64,000 nucleotides of DNA from Candidatus Desulfobulbus rimicarensis. Its GTDB lineage: Bacteria > Desulfobacterota > Desulfobulbia > Desulfobulbales > Desulfobulbaceae. The notes beneath the pieces were generated by a model. That model was not told where the DNA came from and searched no databases. It saw only the letters and a program-made list of their open reading frames with translations. This document shows positions 28,886 through 37,881 of this stretch, piece by piece (the first letter of the stretch is position 1; every line of letters starts with the position of its first letter). The position numbers were made by a program, and so were the translations under genes. The stretch spans positions 905-64,904 of the forward strand of contig RKSL01000011.1 of the NCBI GenBank assembly GCA_008633435.1, given 5' to 3'.

Positions 28886-29653
28886 TTACGAGTTTGCTCC
28901 TGTTTGTCTGTTTATGGCTGCTGCCATGCAGGCTGCGCCAAATCCATTGTCGATGTTGACAACAGCCAGCCCAGGGGCACAGCTGTTGAGCATGCCCAGC
29001 AATGCAGAGAAACCGCCGCTCCCTGTGCCATACCCGATGGATGTTGGTACAGCAATCACCGGAGCTGGGGTTAGCCCCGCGACCACTGTGGGGAGAGCGC
29101 CTTCCATGCCGGCGATCACAATAAGCACCGTGGCCTGTTGTAATAATTGACTCTTTGCTAGAATACGGTGCAGACCGGCAACACCAGCGTCATACACGGT
29201 TTGCACTGCATGACCGAAATGTTCCAGACAGAGGCGGGCCTCTTCTGCCACCGGCAAATCAGAGGTGCCAGCAGTGACAATAAGTATTGTTCCACGTCCG
29301 GTTTTTTGGGGAATAAACCTGGCGTTGCCGGTGATCATGCGTGCGGTATCGTGAAAAACAAGGTCATCCACAACACTGCAAACATGTTCTGCCTTTTCAG
29401 GAGTTACCCTGGTCGCCAGGACAACATGGTGTTGTTTGAGCATGGCCGACAGGATTTCAATGAGCTGGTCAACTGTTTTGTCAGCACCAAAAACAGCCTC
29501 GGGTAATCCGGTGCGAAGCAGACGGTGATGGTCAAGACGGGCAGAATCAAGCAGTTCCGTATCCAGGCTGCGCAATCGTTCAACTGCCTGGTTGGTGGTT
29601 ATGACTCCTGTTTGCACCTGGTTAAGCAGTTTAAGGAGAAGGTGTTCGTTCAT
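28886..29653 (-). CDS. larB: nickel-pincer cofactor biosynthesis protein LarB (PurE-like)
   Basis: 'IVTAGTSDLPVAEEA', 'AGVAGLHR', 'AGMEGALPTVVAGL', 'VIAVPTSIGYG' and 'VVNIDNGFGAA'. The start is taken at MNEHLL (29653). Confidence 0.8.
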   Translation of the reverse strand: MNEHLLLKLLNQVQTGVITTNQAVERLRSLDTELLDSARLDHHRLLRTGLPEAVFGADKTVDQLIEILSAMLKQHHVVLATRVTPEKAEHVCSVVDDLVFHDTARMITGNARFIPQKTGRGTILIVTAGTSDLPVAEEARLCLEHFGHAVQTVYDAGVAGLHRILAKSQLLQQATVLIVIAGMEGALPTVVAGLTPAPVIAVPTSIGYGTGSGGFSALLGMLNSCAPGLAVVNIDNGFGAACMAAAINRQTGANS

Positions 29654-29763
29654 GGGGCTTGTCCATGCTGAATAGAGGTTGTTGTCAGCTGATGCTGTTG
29701 GTATAAGGTATAAAAGATTACTGGCAGGGTGCAAGGGTTAATTCCCTGACCGCAACCATTGCC

Positions 29764-30807
29764 ATGGCTGCGTATCAAATATTTATGGAGAAAACAATGG
29801 CTAATGACAATCTGCCCGGCTTTATTCAAGCTTTGCAGCATACAGATATGTATCCTCATCCGGTGGGAGACATTCAGTTGATACAGACTCATATTTCCTT
29901 TGTGCTGTTGGCTGGAGATTTTGTCTACAAGTTTAAAAAGCCAGTTGATTTCGGGTTTCTTGATTTTTCCAGCCTGGAAAAAAGAAAAAGCTGCTGCGAG
30001 CAGGAACTTGTGCTCAATCGGCGTCTTTGCCCGGATATTTATTTAGGTCTGGTGACCATTAACCGCGAGGAGGATGGGTTTGCTCTCAATGGCAGCGGTG
30101 AGGTTATTGACTATGGTGTGCAGATGAAGCGAATGCCCGAAGAAAAAATGATGGTTAACCTGATTGCAGAGGGCAAGGTCGGTCGGCAACAGATTGATAG
30201 TCTTGTGGATAAACTGGTGCCTTTTTATCAGCAGGCCACGCGTAATGAAGAAATTGATGGTTATGGCAGAGCCGAAGCTGTGGCCGTCAATGTGCTGGAG
30301 AATTTTGAGCAGACACGAGGCTTTATAGATGGGGGCGCCATCAGTCGTGCCCGTTTTGATACTCTTTCCGGCTGGGCAAAGAATTTTTTAACCCGGGATG
30401 AGCTTTTTGCCAGTCGGATTGCGGGCGGGTATATTCGCGACTGCCATGGAGATCTGTACTCGGCCAATATATGTCTGGCTGACAATGTGTATATTTATGA
30501 CTGTATTGAGTTTAACCGTCGTTTTCGTTACTGTGACGTGGCAAGCGATATCGCCTTTCTGGCCATGGATCTTGATTATCACGGCTTGCAGGAACTCTCG
30601 AAGTACTGTATCGGGCAGTTCTGTACACGTTCCGGAGACAGTGGGTTAAAGGATATGTTGAATTTTTACAAATGTTACCGGGCTTATGTGCGAGGTAAAA
30701 TAGGCCTTTTTACGGCAAGTGACCCGGCAGTTGATGAAACAGTCAAGAAAAGCTGCCTGGAAGCTGCTGGTAAATATTTTGCTCTGGCAGAGGAGTACAC
30801 CCGGTAA
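29764..30807 (+). CDS. aminoglycoside-phosphotransferase-fold kinase family protein
   Basis: Catalytic-loop Brenner motif 'CHGDLYSANICL' followed by 'IYDCIEF'. An internal Met (MANDNL, 29797) is an alternative start. Confidence 0.6.
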   Translation: MAAYQIFMEKTMANDNLPGFIQALQHTDMYPHPVGDIQLIQTHISFVLLAGDFVYKFKKPVDFGFLDFSSLEKRKSCCEQELVLNRRLCPDIYLGLVTINREEDGFALNGSGEVIDYGVQMKRMPEEKMMVNLIAEGKVGRQQIDSLVDKLVPFYQQATRNEEIDGYGRAEAVAVNVLENFEQTRGFIDGGAISRARFDTLSGWAKNFLTRDELFASRIAGGYIRDCHGDLYSANICLADNVYIYDCIEFNRRFRYCDVASDIAFLAMDLDYHGLQELSKYCIGQFCTRSGDSGLKDMLNFYKCYRAYVRGKIGLFTASDPAVDETVKKSCLEAAGKYFALAEEYTR

Positions 30808-31376
30808 TGACTTCCCCGTCACTCTATGTTTTTTTTGGTTTGATTGCCTCAGGTAAGTCAACGCTTTCCGAGCTGTTTGCCAAAAGCCATAAAGCTCCCT
30901 GTTATAATACTGACAGGGTTCGTAAGGAGTTGGCTGGCATCGCGGCAAGTGAGAGCAGACCAGATGGTATGGGGCAGGGGATTTATACCCCGGAGTTTAC
31001 CGCCAGAACTTACCAGGCAATGCTTGAGCAGGCAGCTGAGGATATGGCAGGGGGGATTTTTACAGTTGTTCTTGATGGTTCTTACGCCAGAAAATCAGAC
31101 CGCGATCAGGTGCGTGCCCTGGGGGACAAGTTTAAGGCAAAAATGTTTTTCATATTCTGCAGCTGTTCAGACCGTGAGGTCAAACGTCGTCTTGAACTCC
31201 GGAAAAAAGATCCTGACGCCGTGTCCGATGGCCGCTGGGAAATTTTTGTTCATCAACAATCCGTTTTTGAATTTCCCGTTGAACTGCCCAGCGGGCAGCT
31301 GCTTGAGCTTGATACAGAGCGTCCACCTGAAGAACTGTTAAGCATAGTTGAACAGTTTTGTCTGACGAGCTCTTGA
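30807..31376 (+). CDS. P-loop (AAA/zeta-toxin-like) ATP-binding protein
   Basis: Walker A 'FGLIASGKST'. Its ATG overlaps the TAA stop of the upstream kinase-fold gene (TAATG). Confidence 0.65.
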   Translation: MTSPSLYVFFGLIASGKSTLSELFAKSHKAPCYNTDRVRKELAGIAASESRPDGMGQGIYTPEFTARTYQAMLEQAAEDMAGGIFTVVLDGSYARKSDRDQVRALGDKFKAKMFFIFCSCSDREVKRRLELRKKDPDAVSDGRWEIFVHQQSVFEFPVELPSGQLLELDTERPPEELLSIVEQFCLTSS

Positions 31377-31464
31377 CAACACGGCCAGAGCACGGTAAAC
31401 GCTTTGTAGTTAAGGTCTCTAGCGTGTATAAGGAGACCTGCAAACCTTTATCAGCAAGAGAATA

Positions 31465-31902
31465 ATGTATACAAGAATATATTTTTTACGATACCCTAAA
31501 GAGACTTCAGGTCAGCCGATAATTTACCGGCTGGTTAAACGCTATGACGTTGAATTTAATATTTTAAAGGCAGATATCAGGCCGCAGCGTGACGGCATTA
31601 TGGTGCTTGAGTTAAAAGGACATAAGGAAAATGTCGGCGAGGCACTGGAGTATTTGAAGAGCCTTGGGGTTAAGGCCGAGCGGCTTGCCGGCAAGGTGAG
31701 GCGGGATGATAAGAAATGTTTTCAATGCGGTGCCTGTACCGGGATTTGTCCGGTGGGAGCGTTATCGATCAAACGACCTGAAATGGAGGTTGTTTTTGAC
31801 CCGGAAAAATGTACGGCCTGTGGCCTTTGTGTAACCGGTTGCCCGGTGCGGGCCATGGAAGTTTGCTTTGATGCCTTGGCGGACACAAAAATGACGGCTT
31901 GA
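31465..31902 (+). CDS. NIL-domain protein fused to a 2x[4Fe-4S] ferredoxin
   Basis: The N-terminal 'PIIYRLVKRYDVEFNILKADI...MVLELKG' is NIL-like. The C-terminal part carries 'CFQCGACTGICP' and 'CTACGLCVTGCP'. Confidence 0.75.
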   Translation: MYTRIYFLRYPKETSGQPIIYRLVKRYDVEFNILKADIRPQRDGIMVLELKGHKENVGEALEYLKSLGVKAERLAGKVRRDDKKCFQCGACTGICPVGALSIKRPEMEVVFDPEKCTACGLCVTGCPVRAMEVCFDALADTKMTA

Positions 31903-31948
31903 TTCGGAAGTTCCGTTTTTATAAGAACGTATTTTGTATTTGCGTCAT

Positions 31949-31988
31949 AAAAAAAAGAGGTGAGCGGTATGCTCACCTCTTTTTTTTA
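31949..31988. terminator. bidirectional rho-independent terminator
   Basis: A8-GAGGTGAGC-ggtat-GCTCACCTC-T9, a perfect 9-bp stem flanked by A and T runs. It sits between the convergent NIL-ferredoxin and bamD genes. Confidence 0.8.
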
Positions 31989-32837
31989 TGATTTTTTATC
32001 AGGACGTTGCGGAATTGCCGGGATCTCCGGGGAAGTATCCTCAGGACGGATATCCTTATCCGATGGATCAAAATAGATCCAGTCGGGCATCTGAATATTC
32101 GGCAACCATTTACTCAGTCCCCACCGTGGCGGATCTCCGGCTTCAAGGCGGGCAAGTAATGCCTCTGCTTTCGGGATAACAGAAGATTCTGGGTACATGG
32201 CCAAGATATATTTCAATCTGTGTTTGGCCTGTTCAAACTGTTTGGTTCGTACGTAAAAAACCGCGACAAAATATTCATGGTTGACCAGAAATTCTTTGGC
32301 AGCCTCGATTCTGGCTTTGGCCTCACGGCTGTAAGGTGACTTTGGGTAGGCTCGAAGGAGCCTGGAAAAGGACTGGATGGCGTCCTGAGCCCCTGAAACA
32401 TCGCGGTCAATGCGGTCACTTCGTGAAAAATCACACATGCCGATCTGAAACATGACATAAGCCATCGCCTCATTGGTGGGATGGCGTTCTTCAAATTCTT
32501 TGTACAGCGTTTTTGCTTCCTGAAATTCGTTTTTATAATAATGGCAATCTGCTGATTTCAGCTCGGCAAGCATGGCTTGGGGGCTGAATGGATATCGAAC
32601 CAGAATTTCCTCAAAAGCCCGCAACGCCTCAGAGTAGTTATCAAGATTAAATTCTTCCATGCCTGTTTTTGCAAGTGCCTCAGCCTGTTCAAACACCTCT
32701 TCTTCAGCATCTTGTGAAAAGGGCCAGAAGTTGAACGTGCTGCCACTGGTGCTGCATCCGGACAGCGAGACCAGGCTGAACCCTAGGAGCAAAACGAGTA
32801 TGATCCGGCGTAAAGAAGAGGAGTTTGCATGTGTCAT
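31986..32837 (-). CDS. bamD: outer-membrane assembly lipoprotein BamD/YfiO
   Basis: Signal peptide with lipobox 'VSLSGC', TPR-like repeats, and 'YPxSxY' segments ('YPFSPQA', 'YPKSPYS', 'YPESSVI'). The start is at MTHANSS, which has an AGGA Shine-Dalgarno. Confidence 0.75.
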   Translation of the reverse strand: MTHANSSSLRRIILVLLLGFSLVSLSGCSTSGSTFNFWPFSQDAEEEVFEQAEALAKTGMEEFNLDNYSEALRAFEEILVRYPFSPQAMLAELKSADCHYYKNEFQEAKTLYKEFEERHPTNEAMAYVMFQIGMCDFSRSDRIDRDVSGAQDAIQSFSRLLRAYPKSPYSREAKARIEAAKEFLVNHEYFVAVFYVRTKQFEQAKHRLKYILAMYPESSVIPKAEALLARLEAGDPPRWGLSKWLPNIQMPDWIYFDPSDKDIRPEDTSPEIPAIPQRPDKKS

Positions 32838-33032
32838 GGGGTAATCCTGAAAAAGAATCAAAATAAGATTTCGCAACTATCTGCCGGGCGCCAGTACTGG
32901 TCAGGCTGCCTTATCGTGGAGTATAGTGCCTGATTGCTGCATTATGCTCCGTTTTTTCAAAAGATGGCAAGACTGTATTTAACAAAGGTTTTCCTGTTCA
33001 GGAATGTTCATTTTACCTGATACCTGAACAAT

Positions 33033-34025
33033 CTATTTTTTTATTGTGGTTGTCAGTTGCCCTAAATAATGCTCGGCTGACTGTTCCGCTGTTGCCCCCT
33101 CTCCGGCGGCATTAATGATCTGGCGGGAGCGTTTGCTCCGGATATCTCCGGCAGCATATACACCGGGGAGCCCCGTACACATCTCAGTATCTGTAACAAT
33201 GAACCCAGCGCTGTCTGCTTCGAGTTGATCCATCGGCAGAATTTCGTTGCTGGGAACTACCCCGATCAGGATAAAAATACCGGTTACCGCGAGGGTAGAT
33301 GTCGTCCCGTCTTTATGGGAAATACGTAACGATTCCACCCCGTTTTTCCCGCCGACAATTTCATCTACTTCGGCATCCCAGAGAAAATGAATTTTTTCTT
33401 CGGCAAAAGCTTTTTCCTGCAGAATTTTAGTTGCCCGTAATTCATTGCGACGGTGAATAACTGTTACTTTTGAGGCAAATTTTGTGAGGTGAATAGCTTC
33501 CTGGATGGCCGTGTTGCCCCCACCGACAACCGCAATTTCCTGGTTGCGGTAAAAGGGGCCGTCACAGGTTGCACAGTAGGACACACCTTTACCTCGGAGT
33601 TCTTCCTCGCCGGGAACGTGTATAGCACGGGGTTTTGCTCCGGTACAGAGGATAACGGCCTGGCTGGTGATTGTGTCACCGTTTTCCAGAGAGATTGTTT
33701 TTATTTCGTCGCGCAAATCAAGTGCTGCAACAGTTGCAAACCGTTTTTCCAGGCCAAAACGATCTGCGTGTGCAGTCATTTTGTCCATCAGGTCAAATCC
33801 AGTAATTCCATCTGGAAAAGCCGGGTAGTTATCAACCCAGTCAGTGACCAGCACCTGGCCGCCAGTTGCACCCTTTTCCAGCAGGAGTGTTTTTAAACGG
33901 CCTCTGGCGGAGTATAGGCCGGCTGTCAGTCCAGCCGGGCCACCACCCACAATAACGAGTTGATAATCTGCCTGTTGCATGATTTCTGACCAGAGGGCAC
34001 CTGCTTTGGGGTTCACTTGAGGCAC
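33033..34025 (-). CDS. trxB: thioredoxin-disulfide reductase
   Basis: 'VIVGGGPAGLTA' FAD motif, redox-active 'CATCDG', and 'VVGGGNTA'. Confidence 0.9.
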   Translation of the reverse strand: MPQVNPKAGALWSEIMQQADYQLVIVGGGPAGLTAGLYSARGRLKTLLLEKGATGGQVLVTDWVDNYPAFPDGITGFDLMDKMTAHADRFGLEKRFATVAALDLRDEIKTISLENGDTITSQAVILCTGAKPRAIHVPGEEELRGKGVSYCATCDGPFYRNQEIAVVGGGNTAIQEAIHLTKFASKVTVIHRRNELRATKILQEKAFAEEKIHFLWDAEVDEIVGGKNGVESLRISHKDGTTSTLAVTGIFILIGVVPSNEILPMDQLEADSAGFIVTDTEMCTGLPGVYAAGDIRSKRSRQIINAAGEGATAEQSAEHYLGQLTTTIKK

Positions 34026-34040
34026 CCTTGAGGTAAAGCG

Positions 34041-34370
34041 TTACACTGCTTTATTGATTAATTCATTGAGCTGCGCCTTTCCTACCGCGCCGGTGATCTG
34101 ATCGACAACTTCACCATCTTTGAATAATATAAGTGTAGGGATGGCACGAATACCAAATTTCCCTGGGGTTGCCGGGTTGTCATCCACATTCATTTTTGCA
34201 ATTTGTACCTTGCCGTCAAATTCCTGAGCAAGATCATCGATAACCGGGCCAATGGCTTTGCACGGACCGCACCAGGGAGCCCAGAAATCTACCAGGCAGG
34301 GGAGTTCATTCTGGACAACTTTGCTGTCAAACTCACTGTCGGATACGTGAATAACTTTATCGCTTGCCAT
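34041..34370 (-). CDS. trxA: thioredoxin
   Basis: 109-aa product from the internal Met (MASDKVIHVSD...) with the 'WAPWCGPCK' active site. The longer track ORF is an upstream read-through. Confidence 0.9.
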   Translation of the reverse strand: MASDKVIHVSDSEFDSKVVQNELPCLVDFWAPWCGPCKAIGPVIDDLAQEFDGKVQIAKMNVDDNPATPGKFGIRAIPTLILFKDGEVVDQITGAVGKAQLNELINKAV

Positions 34371-34679
34371 AATCTGTTCTCCTTTGCAGTCGTCTGTTGA
34401 TGGCGAAATTTGTAAACAAATCAAACATGTTAATTTAGATCTGGTCAACTTAAATCCTCCTATTCTACTCCGGCGCTGGAGTGGTGACAAGGAAAAATTA
34501 TCTCGATTGGTAGCGCGGTGCATTCCTTTCCTGCAAGGATTTACTTTTGACAGAAGAAAAAATGCCATGGTATAGTGTCTGATTTATGAGTGTATTACAG
34601 GCTTAACCCTTCAAGTATTTGTAATGTCAGGCATGAAGACAAGGCAAAATCAGGTAAAATTCTATCGTGGAAAGTGCAG

Positions 34680-35972
34680 ATGAAAACAGAAAAGTCATCA
34701 CAATATTTTAACAAGGCGTGTCAGGTCATTCCCGGCGGAGTGAATTCACCTGTTCGCGCCTGTAAATCTGTAGGTTGTGATCCCCTGTTTGTGGCCAGTG
34801 CAAAGGGGAGTATTATCACTGATGTTGATGGTAATGAATTTATCGATTTTGTGGGCTCCTGGGGGCCGATGATCCTTGGCCATGCCCATCCTGATGTGGT
34901 TGCAGCTCTTTCTGAAACAGCTCCACTTGGCACCAGTTTCGGTGCTCCCTGTCCGCTGGAGGTTGAGTTGGCAGAACTTGTCTGTGATTCCGTCCCTTCA
35001 ATGGAAAAAGTACGGTTTGTCAGCTCAGGTACTGAGGCTACCATGAGTGCAATCAGATTGGCGCGTGGCTTTACCGGCAGAAATAAAGTCGTGAAATTTG
35101 ATGGCTGTTACCATGGCCACGCAGACTCCTTTCTGGTTAAAGCGGGATCCGGGGTAATTACCCTGGGGATACCGGGCAGTCCCGGTGTTCCAAATGATAT
35201 AGTCAAAAATACCATTTCCATTCCTTATAATGACAGCGCGACCCTTGAGTCAACATTGCGTGATGAAACTCTTGATATTGCCTGTGTGATTGTCGAGCCG
35301 GTGGCCGGAAATATGGGGGTCGTGGTGCCGGATATGGCCTTTTTGCAGAAGATGCGTGAGTTAACCCGTGAACTGGGTATTGTCTTGATCTTTGACGAAG
35401 TTATCACCGGGTTCAGGCTGGCGCTTGGCGGTGCCCAGGAACGGTTTGCCGTGCTTCCCGATTTGACCTGCCTCGGCAAGATTATAGGCGGTGGGCTGCC
35501 AGTGGGCGCGTATGGAGGTCGAAAGGACATAATGGATAATATTGCCCCGGACGGCCCAGTATACCAGGCAGGGACTCTGTCTGGCAACCCCCTGGCCATG
35601 GCTGCCGGGCTTGCCATGCTCAAGGTGGTGCGTGAACCCGGTTTTTATCAGCGGCTTGAAGAAAAGAGCAGTTGGTTTGCTGAAAGGCTTGCCGGAATTG
35701 CCGGAGCGTCTTCTGTGCCGACGGTATTGAACCGGATTGGCTCGATGATGACCTGTTTCTTTACCGATGCGCCAGTTACAGATTTTGAATCAGCAATGAA
35801 GGCGGATACACAACGCTACGGGAAGCATTTTCGACAGATGCTTGAAAGCGGTGTCTGGCTTGCGCCTTCCCAGTTTGAGGCAGCCTTTATATCTGCTGCC
35901 CATACCGAAGAAGAGCTGGAAAATGCCCTTGTGATGACTGAATCATCATTCAAAAAACTGGCAAAATCTTAA
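34680..35972 (+). CDS. hemL: glutamate-1-semialdehyde 2,1-aminomutase
   Basis: 'IPGGVNSPVRA', 'FDEVITGFR' and 'GTLSGNPLAMAAG'. The start is at MKTEKSS (34680). Confidence 0.9.
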   Translation: MKTEKSSQYFNKACQVIPGGVNSPVRACKSVGCDPLFVASAKGSIITDVDGNEFIDFVGSWGPMILGHAHPDVVAALSETAPLGTSFGAPCPLEVELAELVCDSVPSMEKVRFVSSGTEATMSAIRLARGFTGRNKVVKFDGCYHGHADSFLVKAGSGVITLGIPGSPGVPNDIVKNTISIPYNDSATLESTLRDETLDIACVIVEPVAGNMGVVVPDMAFLQKMRELTRELGIVLIFDEVITGFRLALGGAQERFAVLPDLTCLGKIIGGGLPVGAYGGRKDIMDNIAPDGPVYQAGTLSGNPLAMAAGLAMLKVVREPGFYQRLEEKSSWFAERLAGIAGASSVPTVLNRIGSMMTCFFTDAPVTDFESAMKADTQRYGKHFRQMLESGVWLAPSQFEAAFISAAHTEEELENALVMTESSFKKLAKS

Positions 35973-36051
35973 AAAAAACATTGCGCTTGCGTCATGCTCG
36001 TGCTACGAATTGTGATGTTCAAAGTCCCGGATGGACTGAGGAGAAGTACGG

Positions 36052-36279
36052 ATGTCTAAACAAAGCAGGGAAATGTTTCGGGAACTGGCGATATACAGTC
36101 AGGCCGGAATGAACTTTGTCTTCTCCATTTTTGTTGGTCTTGGGATTGGCTGGTACCTGGATAATAAGGTGTTTGACGGACGCACGGTTCCGTATTTAAC
36201 CTTTGCTTTTTTGGGGTTGGGTATAATCGCAGGTTTTAAGCATCTGTGGGAGCTGAGCAGAAGGGCAAGTGATGACTGA
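36052..36279 (+). CDS. AtpZ/AtpI-family small membrane protein
   Basis: 75-aa ORF with two TM helices, positioned at the head of the F0 a/c cluster. Confidence 0.55.
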   Translation: MSKQSREMFRELAIYSQAGMNFVFSIFVGLGIGWYLDNKVFDGRTVPYLTFAFLGLGIIAGFKHLWELSRRASDD

Positions 36280-36721
36280 ACCGACAAACAGTGTAGACAG
36301 GCAGGCCGAAGCAGGTGTTGAACTGTTACGTATGATTCAACAGTTTAACCTGCTGATGGTTGCAGTTTTTACTGCAGGCAGTTGGTATATCATCGACTGG
36401 ACATTGGCTCAGTCGGTGTTAATTGGTGGCCTTCTGGCAAGTGGCAGCTTTTATTTACTGAAACGCGATATTGAGCAGCTCATTGATCGGGTTGCCTCTG
36501 CCGGAGATCAGGCAAAGGGTGTGAAGAAAATGGAAAAAGTTCGCTTTTTCCTGAAGTTTTATGCCCGGCTGACAGTGCTTGGGTTGTTGCTTTTTGTGCT
36601 GACCACCAAGATAAGTATTAACATGATAGGGCTAGTTATAGGACTGTCCACGGTAATGCTTAGCGTTGTTATTGTCGTGCTGGCACGTGGGCGGATGATT
36701 TTTTCTGTACAAAGTTTTTAA
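36269..36721 (+). CDS. ATP synthase subunit I-like membrane protein
   Basis: 150-aa ORF with four predicted hydrophobic helices. It overlaps the preceding gene by 11 nt and lies directly upstream of atpB. Confidence 0.55.
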   Translation: MMTEPTNSVDRQAEAGVELLRMIQQFNLLMVAVFTAGSWYIIDWTLAQSVLIGGLLASGSFYLLKRDIEQLIDRVASAGDQAKGVKKMEKVRFFLKFYARLTVLGLLLFVLTTKISINMIGLVIGLSTVMLSVVIVVLARGRMIFSVQSF

Positions 36722-36733
36722 GGAGCGTAGGTC

Positions 36734-37456
36734 ATGGAACATCCAATATTATTTATTTCGCTGATTCTTGACAAAATGGGCTTGCCGGTGCCCCATGGTC
36801 CGGTTGGAGCAACTTTACTTGAGAAGCTATGCGAACCCTATATGACTTACACTTGGCTGGTAATGGCCTTTTTGATTATTGTGCCTAAGCTGACCATCGG
36901 CAAACTTGAACTGGTACCAGGTGGCGGCCAGAACTTCTGGGAAGTTATGATTGGCGGTATGATGGATTTCTTTGCAGAGAACCTTGGTAAAGAGCGCGCT
37001 AAAATGCTCTTTCCCATGATGGCAACATTTTTTCTCTACATTGTTCTTGCCAATATGATCGGATTGATCCCCGGTTTTATGTCTCCCACCTCAAGTTTGA
37101 ATATCACTTTTGCCATGACGCTTATGGTCTGGGTTACCCACCATGTTCTTGGCTTCCGTTACCATGGTATCAATTACTACAAACATTTCATGGGGCCCAT
37201 TCCGGTAATGGCTCCCTTTATGTTTGCCCTTGAGCTGATCAGTAACTTTGCCCGACTGCTTTCACTTTCCATGCGACTTTTTGGTAATATTCTGGCAAAG
37301 GAAATTCTGCTTGCAGTACTCTTTATGCTTGCTGGTGCATTTTTTGCTCCGCTGCCAATTCTTTGTCTTGGTGTACTTGTATCACTGATTCAGGCGGTCG
37401 TTTTTGTTCTGCTCTCAGTACTGTACTGTGCATCAGCCATGGAAGACGCACATTAA
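36734..37456 (+). CDS. atpB: F0F1 ATP synthase subunit a
   Basis: Contains the 'SLSMRLFGNILAKE' motif with the essential Arg. Polytopic, 240 aa. Confidence 0.9.
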   Translation: MEHPILFISLILDKMGLPVPHGPVGATLLEKLCEPYMTYTWLVMAFLIIVPKLTIGKLELVPGGGQNFWEVMIGGMMDFFAENLGKERAKMLFPMMATFFLYIVLANMIGLIPGFMSPTSSLNITFAMTLMVWVTHHVLGFRYHGINYYKHFMGPIPVMAPFMFALELISNFARLLSLSMRLFGNILAKEILLAVLFMLAGAFFAPLPILCLGVLVSLIQAVVFVLLSVLYCASAMEDAH

Positions 37457-37537
37457 TACGTAAATACAGTTTTTAAAGTTTCCGTTCTACGGAGAAGAAG
37501 GCCAACCACTATATTTTTTATTTGGAGGAATTGAACA

Positions 37538-37798
37538 ATGGATAAGATTCATCTCGCTTTGGTTTGTATCGGTGCAGCTCACGCTATTGGATTTGCTGGT
37601 CTTGGTGCTGGTATCGGTATGGGTTCTGGTGTTGAGGGTGCATGTCTTGGTGTTGCCCGTAACCCAGAGGCAAAAGGTCAGATTACCACCACCATGATTC
37701 TTGGTATGGCTCTTGTTGAGTCTATTGCTATTTATGGTCTGGTTATTGCCTTTATCCTGCTTTATGCCAACCCCTTCAAGGCAGCACTGCTTGGTTAA
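37538..37798 (+). CDS. atpE: F0F1 ATP synthase subunit c
   Basis: 86-aa hairpin with the polar loop 'ARNPEAKG' and a carboxylate in 'ALVESIAIYGLV'. Confidence 0.9.
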   Translation: MDKIHLALVCIGAAHAIGFAGLGAGIGMGSGVEGACLGVARNPEAKGQITTTMILGMALVESIAIYGLVIAFILLYANPFKAALLG

Positions 37799-37833
37799 TT
37801 AACCAAAGCGAAAAAGGTTTTTCCTTTTTAAAA

Positions 37834-37862
37834 GGCTGCAGCTCTTGCTGCAGCCTTTTTTT
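37834..37862 (+). terminator. rho-independent terminator after atpE
   Basis: GGCTGCAGC-tctt-GCTGCAGCC, a perfect 9-bp stem followed by a T7 run. Confidence 0.85.
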
Positions 37863-37881
37863 ATTGGTATGACAGCAGACC

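Noticed and set aside
28719-29150. 143-aa plus-strand ORF overlapping the larB 3' region
   Set aside because: It overlaps the strongly supported larB frame on the opposite strand and has no motifs.
31377-31464. Possible SAM riboswitch ahead of the NIL-ferredoxin gene ('CTTTATCAGCAAGAGAA' resembles the start of SAM-I)
   Set aside because: The similarity is a short fragment lying directly against the start codon. The 88-nt leader is too short for a SAM-I aptamer, and only a simple AGGTCTC/GAGACCT hairpin is present.
35988-35999. 12-nt match (TGCGTCATGCTC) to the MITE core, downstream of hemL
   Set aside because: Only a 12-mer matches, and there are no terminal repeats and no flanking similarity. 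A match of this length is expected by chance for a ~170-bp query against both strands of 64 kb.
37538-37798. Possible Na+-binding signature in the ATP synthase c subunit ('VESIAIY')
   Set aside because: Only the Glu-Ser pair and the Tyr fit. The helix-1 Gln position and the Thr after Ser appear to be absent in my hand alignment with the I. tartaricus sequence, so coupling-ion specificity cannot be called.
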